Position numbers and translations under genes: made by a program
The notes under the pieces: model-generated
What the model saw: the letters and a program-made list of their open reading frames with translations, nothing else
The model's database searches: none
What the model was told of the DNA's origin: nothing
Source of the DNA: Amphiscolops sp. MND2022
Taxonomy: Eukaryota
Length of the DNA stretch: 64,000 bases
Assembly (NCBI GenBank): GCA_964187785.1
Contig: OZ076409.1
Span: 40,178,001 to 40,242,000, forward strand
Direction of reading: 5' to 3'
Shown: positions 12,694 through 23,082 of the stretch, piece by piece
Position numbering within the stretch: the stretch's first letter is position 1
How the letters are laid out: every line of letters begins with the position of its first letter

Positions 12694-14211
12694 ATGCTGT
12701 CGAAACAGTTCGAAATAAATGAAATTGTCGATGCTATCGACGAATGTTTTATATGGTGGCTAGCAGAGATTATCAAATTTGATGGGGAATGGGAAGTAGT
12801 TGTTCGCTGGATAGAATTTGGAAATAGAAAATCGACAATAACCATCCCCAGCACTATCAGAAAAACATCAGAGAAATGGAGTATCCGGAAAACAAAAGTC
12901 ACCCCTCAATCATTGCCCTGTAAAAGAAGCCGCGATAACAAAATTCAGCTGGATTATAGAGCCAAATTTCAACCCCGTGGTGACACAATAAGGTTTCGCC
13001 AAGGAGATACTGTGCAAAAAGGCTTCGTCTTCATCAATGACACTGTACTCCAAGAAATGGAGATACTTGAGGAAGACGAATTCAAAAAATGGGAAAAATC
13101 TACCGATGAGTACGATAAACTGACGACTGCTTTCAGAATACTGCGAATAAGATACAACGACCTGCGGAGATTGGCAGCGCCAGTGAACACTCCCAGTGGC
13201 ATGGAGGAGAAGGACGATTGCTCAGATGAAAGTGACGACGAAAGTATTCAGATGAGTCAGCCAAAAAAGCAGACAAAGGTCGCGGGGCACAACTTGAAGA
13301 AGAAAACACCGGTCAATATGATCTGCATGATACCTGTAAGTCTAACGTATTGAAACTAAATTTCTATGATCGTCGTTTGAAACAGATTATATTACACGCT
13401 CATGGAGTCGTTACATTTTTACAATAGAACTGATGTTTATTTAGAACTATACATTCCTGGGGTCACTACAATGTTAACTTGGAAATTTTAGGTTCGTTTG
13501 TTTTTTTGAAGAAAGTAATTATTGGGTTTTGTTTCAGAAATCTACCGACGAGGGTAAGCTCATCTTGTTTCCATGTGTGAATGGAATATTGCATGAAGGT
13601 GGCAGAGTCCTGGACCACTGTGGCCAACCAGCTATAATTCGCAGCCTCAAGCTGATATGGAGGAAAGAATAACCCCTTGTTCTCGTTACAATGGCTTCGG
13701 AGCAATGCGAGGACGTTTTAATCACAATGCCCTCGACGAACGTTGTGTTCCAGGAGGAGAATTTCATGAGCAACATAACTCATGAAAGTTTGATTGGAAG
13801 CGTCGAACACCCTATTAGTAGGGTGTGCTCGCTGTTTGCAGCCGTGAAAAACGCCGTTGGAATCGCCTTGTTGTCGCGGACTGGGTATGCAGGGATCTTA
13901 TGTGTTGCGAATGATCTTTCCACAACAGCCCTTGAAATAGAAAAGCCCTTGAAATATCAATTCCCGCAGACAAAAAAGGATGCCATGAGTCATTGGACAC
14001 TGTGTTAGGCAAACTGTGGGACAGGAAGGCTGGCGGTTATAGCCAGACCGACAAGTTCATCAAGTCGATGAGATTCATGATAAAAAAATCGTTTGCTGTA
14101 TCGTTGATAAAATGCAGCGTCGTAGTAATCGGCGGAGTTTACCCAGTCACGAAGTACAGGGAGATCATTCGACAAAATATGGCTGCAGATATGGAAGAAA
14201 ACCTCCTGTAG
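12694..14211 (+). CDS. Transposase-partner protein A, N-terminal Tudor/Agenet-like domain, rest unknown
   Basis: FEINEIVDAIDECFIWWLAEIIKFDGEWEVVVRW fits a Tudor/Agenet barrel pattern. Exon 12694-13335, intron to 13537, exon 13538-14211 with frameshifts. Aligns with 41720-43295 (FPCVNGI/VPCENGI; WDTVLGKLWD/WDSTLGRQWD; FIKSMRF/IIKSLKF). Confidence 0.7.
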
Positions 14212-16015
14212 ATCACGATGTATTGCAGTCAATTCTTTTTAAAACTTTTTAGTTTTCAAAACTTTTAAAGGTTGTTTTTTAATTGGATTCAAATCCTTTT
14301 GTGATGCATGGAATCTTTATGAAGTAAATTATTCTTATCGTTTGAAAGTTGAATAAACTATCCTTGAAATAAAATATTCTCCTCGTTTGAAAGTTAAATG
14401 TTTGAAAAAGTTATTAAAAGCGATATACGCTCCGGGAGTCGTTACATTGTTAGTTTTGAAATGTTGTTTAAAGTATAAATGTTTCAACTACAAACACTGA
14501 AAATGACTTTTCAATTTGAACCTACGTCTCATTCTAACGAAATCTTTTTCTTTTCAACTCTTGCGTTCTTCAACTCTTGAAAAAAATCAACCGGGTTGAA
14601 ACTGAACTACAATGAGTCACAATATACAAAATTTAACAAAAGAATCAAGTAGCAAAAATCAGGCACAATGAGAAAATAAAAGATCTCCGAAGGTCAACGG
14701 TTTCATCAAAATGGCATTGGCTGTGGCTGTCATTTCGGGTGATTCACCTAACATGCCATAACAAATCAGCCATCCCAAAAGTTATCAAGTTGACAGGGTC
14801 TGAAACAAAAATTATACAAATCAAAAATCTCTATTTTCCAGATCAAAACGTATCTTATCGAACAAAAATTAATTCTCGAACTTAGAAAGGTCCTGAATGG
14901 AATTCTTATGCTTTCATTCAAGTAGTTTGGTCATAAATAAAAACAGCCAAAAGGAAGTTTCGAAAAGAAACATTACTAATGAACGTAACTCTACATTGAC
15001 AGTGAAATTGTAATTTGAACGTTGAAAGATGATTAACAGCTGCGAGGTCATACCTATTTGCTTTTGAAGAATCCAAGAAGAATTTTGAAGAATCCAGATA
15101 ATTTTGAAGAATATACGAAGTTACAAAGAATCGCCACAGCAGTTCTTAGGCGTGCTACCATATCTTATAATGAATGTGAAGATTCCACAAAATTAATTGC
15201 CTTGTGAAGAGTTCAAGAAAATTTGTGAAGAATCCAGGAAAGCTTGTGAAGAATCCAGAAAACTTTGAAGAATTGACGAAAATCGAAGAATCTTCACATC
15301 TATTGTTAAACATGTGAATCATATATTGTTATTAATGTGAAGAATCCACAAAACGTTTTCCTCATTTCTTGAAAATTTCATTTTTGCACTACTAATATTA
15401 TTGTCTGAATTCTTCCGTCCAACTGGCGGCACTTTGAAGTTCACTTTTTCCTCATTTCTAGAAAACACATTTTGGTAGTCGCAAAAGCCAATTTTCCTGA
15501 ATTCTTGAAAAACACAAAGTTCCCTGTTTGGCGTCGTAATGTTACTTTACCATGCTGTCAGCAGGTGCCTATAGAAGTTTGCATATCTCGAGTGGTGCAA
15601 AAACGTACCACAATGCTATTCCGGGTTAAATATCCCGGAAAGCGATCATGTCTACTTGCCTTACCTTAAACAATGCTCTAAAAACCATTGCATCAAACTA
15701 CTTATATGCAGTACACTTGTCATTCTACCACCGCCAGTTTTGTTGGACGTAGAACAGGAACATCAAAACGAAATCTCTTGACAATACTCAAGGCAGGAAA
15801 AAGCCGAGGCGAAACTTTTTATCTAGCCTTCGAAGCCTTTCGGAAAACACCACACAAGATTTAGATATTCGGCTGCAATATAATATTTCAATCGACCGCT
15901 GAACGCGATAATATCGAACTCACTGAACTCTTGGTGCTTGAATGATTGTCCCTAAGGCTTAGGGTACAGAACGTACCTTTACCACATATTGGGGTCGGTA
16001 TGCAGAATCATCGTA

Positions 16016-16487
16016 CTACCAATTAGATAATGAAACTATGCTTGCTATGTGAACCACGAAAACGGAACCCAGAAGTTTCACTCATCGGAATTGTAATACT
16101 TCTGAACAAGGCGCTGAAAAGATTCCTGTCAGCTTTTCTGTCAATTGTTCGGAAAAAAGCTTTCGTTGTGTAATCAAATCTAAACTATGGATGCTGCAAA
16201 TCTTCAGCAAAAATTTGTGCGTTTATTAGTCAAGTACGGCCAGAATCTGCCAATCAAATCCAGCTGACTCGAATTAGACAAATTTTAGTTGTTAATAGGT
16301 TAATTAATAGCATCCATAGTTTAGAAGATTTGATTACGCTACGCTCTTTTTCGAACAATTGACAGAAAAGCTGACAGGAATTGTTTCAGCACCTTGTTCA
16401 GAAGTATTACAATTCCGATGAGTGAAACTTCTGGGTTCCGTTTTCGTGGTTCACATAGCAAGCATAGTTTCATTATCTAATTGGTAG
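16016..16487. mobile_element. Foldback MITE with long (about 180 bp) terminal inverted repeats, flanked by TA
   Basis: TA|CTACCAATTAGATAATGAAACTATGCTTGCTATGTGAACC... and its reverse complement ...GGTTCACATAGCAAGCATAGTTTCATTATCTAATTGGTAG|TA. Confidence 0.85.
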
Positions 16488-17939
16488 TAAGATTCAAGAC
16501 GCTTTTCTATTAGCGCTAAGATTGAAATTGAGTGGCATTAGTCATTAATCTGAGACGAATTTGATAATATAAATGTGGAATGAAATGAACCTCGGGTGAA
16601 ATGAATTTGGGGTGAAATGAATGTGGATTGAATTGATTGAAATGTTTTCCGCCTAGTATTTCAGACCAGCTTGTTTCGGAGAGTTGTTTTCGACAAGTTT
16701 TACTATATTCATTGGGAGTATTAAACCTTTTAGGACAAGATAATAGGAAACCCAGTGAAAATTTCAAACGAAAATGTTCGAGCAGAAGAGCTTGCTCCTG
16801 AGATGACAATGGTGGTATCTAATGGTGGTATGACAATGGAAGACGAGTAAAGTAACTGTCATTAGGGTCGGAGAGCTAATAATTCAGACTGCCATCCATA
16901 TATCCAACGCCGACTTCAACTTCTTCACATCAAAAGTGAGAACGAAATGACTGGTAAAGACGTTCAAATCATCCTTAGTTGAAATTGTGATTACGTAAAA
17001 AGGCTTTATACTGAATGATTGACAGACAATTTGAAATTTTTCTGTACCTTTATTTCGAATATTGCGGCTTCGAAGCATAATTTTTCACTTGGTGAACCGA
17101 AAAAACAGAACTCACTAAAATTTGCGTCTTCAAAATCGTTTTATATGTACACAAGTGTAGAAACCACCAAAAATCTTTCAATTTGTTTTGTTGCTCTTGT
17201 TAAGTAATCACCACATTTTCAAGAAAAAATCGTTCGAACCTTTAGAAATTGTCCAAGCAGTCTTCACCAGTCTTGATCAGTCTTGCTTCCAAGAAGAGAC
17301 GCTGAATCGAATGATTGACAGCAGTGTTCAAGGTTGTTTTGAAACGTTTTTTTGAGACAATGTACAATTTCGAGAGCTCAGAAGTTTTCATACGTTCCGT
17401 TTTTTAACCCGTTCACCTATTAACTCTATATCAGTGCTGGAACTGTCCGATGAAAATTGGCGATTGAATCACTCGAGATTGGCTTTGCTGAACAGTGGCA
17501 TCGCTGGCCACCCTTTTTTGAAGCCACTCTTGTCGCAGGCTGCCGCCTGTGAGGGAAATTGGTACACAATATTATAGAACTACCACAGGGCCTTCCCACG
17601 AACCATCCCCCATGACTAAATGGCCAGAAGACAAATGTTGGACACAAAACACTCAATAATTGAAACTATGAATGTATGAGTATTTATGTTTTGTACAAGT
17701 AAACACTTGACGTTACTGACAGTCAGGTAAGAAACGAGTACAACTGGCTGCGTGTCCAATTTACTGGATGCAGGCCTTGCAGCCAATCACAAGACGCGCT
17801 ACATATTTGCAATACTCTACTTATTTCCTACGCAATTTTAGTACGATGCAGTAAATAGGCCGCTTCCGACGTTCTGCTGATTAAAAGACAGCAAAGAAAA
17901 ACAAAGAGCCCAAGTGAGCTTTAGTGTTGAAATGGAGAT

Positions 17940-18140
17940 GGATCTTTTCTGTTAATTCCCCCCCACCAATTTAATTCCCCCCCAGTTAAGCGGTCAAGTG
18001 AAATTATCACTGAATAATTAGTAACAACCAATCAATTTGCAGTATTTTATAACTCTAACTGCAACTGAAACACATCGCTGATAGTGGTGGGGAATTAAAA
18101 TTTATGCGCTTACTGTGGGGGGAATTAACAGAAAAGATCC
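17940..18140. mobile_element. 201-bp MITE with 8-bp target-site duplication (Merlin- or hAT-type)
   Basis: TIR GGATCTTTTCTGTTAATTCCCCCC / GGGGGGAATTAACAGAAAAGATCC; ATGGAGAT on both sides (17932-17939 and 18141-18148). Confidence 0.9.
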
Positions 18141-18649
18141 ATGGAGATTTTGTTCAAGTAATACTGAATAATATTGCTGTGTTTCTATTTAATTATATTC
18201 TAGACCAATTTTGACAATTAGTCGACATGTATCCTCCCCCAATATATATTTTTTTACCACAAGTTATGTTTAACGTTCGGAATATAGAGTCCATCGTGTA
18301 AAATCAGTTCTTGTACTTGTATTTCTGCTATTTTGACATAAAGTAGCCTTATGAGATCACATGTTGCTTTGTTGCATATTCCGTCTTTATCTGCGGTAGC
18401 GGCGGGGCCTTTTGAAGTTTATATATAGAACGTGGTTGTCATCATGTTGCTATTTTCAGAATACCCTGATCTATTATTTGTTCATGATCATCCAAATTAG
18501 GAGTGTCACTCCACCAAGAGTGAGAGTATATACCAAGATTGTGAAGGCCTCAGGACACAATTAGATAGTACTGGTTTTGTGAAACTACTGTTGAAACCGT
18601 TAGTTCAAATATCAGAAACAGGAATTATGAACTTTTCTTCCTTTATATT

Positions 18650-19070
18650 TTATATGCCTTCCACTAGAAGACAGAAAGCTAAAGCGAGGAGATCAAGAGG
18701 AACGGACGAGCTGTCCGACCAAGACAACATGGACGTTATGCTAGGAGCTGAGATTTCTAGCTCAATTAAGAGAGAATTAGCAGACATTATTAATGGCTCA
18801 GCTAGTCACAATGACACTGAGGCTTTTTCTCACCCTACAGGAAATTCGTCTCACGAGAATGAAATTAGGGACACAAATAATGAAAATAACGTCACTAGAC
18901 ACAATAGATTGTTGGCTTCTATGGAAATCTTCTCAACAGAGATGAATGTGAGACGTTCCCAGGAAACGGAGTCTTTGATGAGTATATTGCATTGCCATAG
19001 CTCTGAAGTTTTAAGCTCTGCAAGTCGTGACAGAGTTATCCTTGAGATACAAAGGACAACGGGACGCTGA
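18650..19070 (+). pseudogene. Decayed LTR-retrotransposon gag 5' fragment or solo-LTR relic
   Basis: MPSTRRQKAKARRSR...DNMDVMLG opens like the LTR-encoded MSTTRSQKRR ORF at 51870; no pol follows. Confidence 0.5.
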
Positions 19071-22000
19071 GTCTGGTATATCCAATAATAATCAAGATCA
19101 AGTCTGCTTTCGACATTGAGGACTCTATGAACCTAAGTCCTTGCAACGCTGATGAGCAGTCACATAAAAATGAATCAAACAGACAATGAAAAGGTTGGAC
19201 CAGATTTCAACTCTTTATCAACGCAATAGCATGAGTAGAACAACAAGACAGAAACGTCTAAAGTGAGCGCTACATCTGAGGCTCAAACAATTGGTAAAAT
19301 TAGACAATGTTGTGAAAAGCTCAGAAAACAATTTCGATACACCCAAAGGGTGCTTTTCATAGTCGATAAGACTCGGAAACCACATCTGAAAACCACTTTT
19401 TTCCCAACCCGAAACAAAACTTTGGGATTTGTTTTAGAAAATGTCGCATAGTGCCGAAAACATTCTGGGTTTCGTTATAATTCTAGTAAAAGGCGAGGGG
19501 TTTCGTTGACAATCAAAATATTGAAATTTGGCTTTTGGTTTGTTGCAAATAATAAAAATATGAAAAGAGACCGTTTGGAGACATATGAAAATTTAAAAAA
19601 AAAACATGAGAATTTTGAACAGTGTAATTGCCCCGAAAATTGTTACAGAGGGGACCCTTCGGTGTTTTTTCATTATTTTACCATCTATTCAGTTGCAAAA
19701 TTGAAGGCGGACAATTCGGTGCAATAAAATTGAACGATGTCCGGACGTATCCAGTACGTCTCGGATATGCTCAGTTCAGACTGGACAAACGAACAGAAAA
19801 ATGGACCATATGCGTATAAAAAACTACCACTGTAATTTTCGGCACTTTTCCACAAAAGCTTCGACTAAAAACTAATAGTGCTAAGATGTTATGTAAGAAA
19901 CGAAATTAAAAGGTGTCAGATAAACTCAGGTTGCTATCGACTAGCCATTTAACGCCAACGTTATTTCCTCAAACTGAAGCTATTTATGTTGAAAAACTTC
20001 TTCATAGTTATTATTTTCCGCCCATATTTTATATGGGAAGGGAATATACCTAAATCAGTTGCGTTTTTGTCCAAATTTTGCATGTTCCCTCTTTATATTC
20101 AAACTGAAGGGTGTCACCCATAGGCTTGAACAAAGATAAATTGGTTTCATGCGTTCACGGATTTTCAACCGTTTCAACCGTTTCAACCGTTTCAACGGTT
20201 TTCAGTATGACCATAATGACTAAATTTTGATAAGCTTCATGGCTTAAAATGTTGAAAAGATTCAACAAAGTAAACATTGATTAACCAGGAGGCTTTTCAG
20301 GAGATTTGAATGCAGTTGTTAGATAGAAAAATGCCTCAAAATGGCCCCGACCAAAACTTTCCAAATCGTGACGTTTTAGTTGTGCTAATTTGATAAACTT
20401 CTCGAAAGGTTTCTTCTGATAGAATTTTAAAAACATGTAAAGTCGAAGAAAGCGTTATGAAGTTGGTTTTTTTCCGGTGAAAATTGGGAGTTTTTTTGTA
20501 AAGAAAAGCTCTAAATTGATCTCGAATCAGTCGAATCAAACAATTGTTCCACAAAAAAAGTTTTTGACATTTCAAATGTGTTTTCTTTAAAATAAGAAAC
20601 CCTGGATGGGTTGATTATACCCAGTAACGTAGTAGCTTTTAAAAAATAAATTTTAGTTTGTATATACAAAACGCCCCATAGTGACCCAAACTGTTCAAAA
20701 CATTCGAAGAATTGAATTTATGATGTTTTTTTGCAGATTTTTCGAAAATTTCGGGCAATTTTTGTGGCATTCCTAGTTTCAAGAACTCAACAACAATTAA
20801 ACTTGGTTTCGAGTAGGTGTTTCTTCAGGTTTAACCACAATTCTTTGTTGGAACCGGTCTCACAACCAACCCGAAAACCAAAAAACTACGAAATGTTCGT
20901 TTTTGACGAAATTATGGCAACTTTTGTTCAATTGAAGGTTTTGTTAGAATCAGAATTTCCATTGACCCGAAGTTTAAAACAGTAGGATTTTCAAAACACT
21001 ATTTAGGAAAGAAAGTTGGATAAAGTTTGTTTTGGCATTTTTTTTTGCATTTATCAACCACACATCCCAAAGCTGCACAATTTCCGAAAGTTTTCCAAAA
21101 TCAGAAATTCTTTGCCTCAGGATCAAAACATGTAGCCTTCATATGTAGTATGATTCCAAAAAATGCACTTTTGCATGGAAGAAATTGAAAAGTGTGATTA
21201 AAACTTCCTCGGAAACGTCAATTTCGACTATTTTTTGAATGTTCATTATTCATTAGCCCTAAAATGAGAAATACGAAATACTTAAAAATGCAGTACTTCT
21301 TACAAAGGAAAAGTCGGCAGTTTTGTGTAGAAACAACCTTGAACTACCCCCAAAAAATTTGACGTTCCAATGCACTTTTATATACTTCTGGGCTATTTCG
21401 GGTCTTCAAATGGTGTAATCATTCAACATCGAATAAATCCGGCATCCAATAGGCTTTTTTAAAGAGTTTTGCAGTAACTTGCTTGAAAAGCGCATCAAAA
21501 TTACCCTGAAGTGTAGAAAATATCAAAAATTTCCAGTTTTCAAAATTTTTAGTGACTTTTAGGCAAATATAAAGCTTTGTTAGGTTGTGTAGTGGTGTCC
21601 ATTTAGTTCAACAACAAAACTTATTGTACTTTGGGTATTCTAAAGTCGAGTGTTTCCTTTAACAAGTCGGGAACAACCCAAGGAATTTTTGGCAACAAAG
21701 CCTTTGACGACAAACTTTGCTACACTGAAAACCTCTCAGAAAACGAAAAATTTTGCGAAACAGTTTTTGATGAAGGTCTGTAAGGATCCTAAGGGATCCT
21801 CTATGCTCTTAAAACGTATATTTTCTACTAAAAATTGAGGGACGGATTTGATAAAAACGAATTAGAAAAAAGTCGCATAGAAAAAACGCCGGTCTTCAAA
21901 AAACAAAATTCGGATATAGCGTGCTGGGTCGCCTAATTTTCGGAAAAAAAAATATATTTTTTTGAAAAATTCACAATGCCGAATTTTGCAAAAGGCGACC

Positions 22001-23082
22001 GAAAAATGAACGGGGCTCTTTCGGAGACAAAATACTTTAGAAAAAAAGTTTCACAAAGCCGAAATAACAATCGTAAAAGTGTTTTGGTCAAGTGCGAGAC
22101 GCGATCCACGTCCCTCTGCTTCTCAGACATTAAAAATCTGGATTAACCTATGTGCCAAGTGGCAGTAGAAGTTGTAAGTTACTAAGCAACAGCCTAAAAA
22201 ATCTGTTAGTTCGCTGTTCTTCCATCCTTCAAACTTCTATGCATGTTCATAGGGCATTGTGTACTCTTAAGCCTCGTAGTACAACAGTTTGGGGCGGAAT
22301 TTGTCCTGCTGGTCAGCAGGCGTCTTGTAATTAATTTAGTCACAGAAAATATTGCGATTCAACTTTTCCCCAGGCACAATTTTTGCGTCTTTAAGTCCGT
22401 TTTCGGAAAAGGAGGATATTGTAAGTGTGCTGATGGGATTCAGTTATCATCCGCATCAGAGTGGGTAGTTTAACTACTTCAGAGTAGACGTGCTTGGAAG
22501 GTTGAGGAGTTGAAGTAATTTTTATAAAAAAAGCAAAATTGATATAAACTGATCACTTTGTTGTTTTATTTTCATAAACAACCGATTACGTTTTGGTTAC
22601 AACCGATACGTGGTCTCACTTCTATTCTTTTACGGAGCTCGCATGGGATCTTACTCTCTGAGAGGTAAACCGTTGTCATTGACGAGGTTCTATGTTCTCT
22701 TACAGCTGTTTCGGCAAATTTTCGTTTCGTTATGCTGAAAAAGGAATGATTTTCAAGGTTTTTGACCAAAAACTTAAGCAGCTGTTAATTTCGCTTAAAC
22801 ATTTTTCTCGTTTTTCTTTCTAAAAATTGATATCGGTTACTATGATACAAAATTGAGAGATAACACTTTCATACTTGCTTAAATGACATGGCTGAGTGAT
22901 TTGTGAAAACTTAAGGGATCGCTAGAGGGCTAGAGTTCAATAGTGAGACGACGTACGAGTTTAAGGAAGTTGGAAAATGCAAGCAAGATGCGGAATAAGA
23001 TGCTAGTCTCGTATACAAGTGCCCTCGGCGCGAGCTCTTGCTACCTCGTGCATTCCTAATCATGTCATAAAGGCGAAATTGT

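Larger units (their letters stand above)
1..15615. mobile_element. Element A: putative large RAG1/Transib-like DNA transposon (SET gene, transposase-BRCT gene, Tudor-like partner gene). Left end probably outside the window; right end tentative.
   Basis: Same three-gene set as element B, with alignable proteins. An 11-mer and several other repeats are dispersed from 2.9 to 14.4 kb. Subterminal repeats (TTTTCCTCATTTCTTGAAAA-like x3, about 15356-15511) are followed by CACAATG at 15609-15615. Confidence 0.6.

Noticed and set aside
12694..14211. RAG2-like gene next to the RAG1-like gene
   Set aside because: No Kelch repeats or PHD finger are visible, and the orientation is divergent rather than convergent.
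19250..22800. Many 60-85 aa ORFs in AT-rich sequence
   Set aside because: No motifs or splice-consistent structure; probably decayed repeats whose ends I cannot define.
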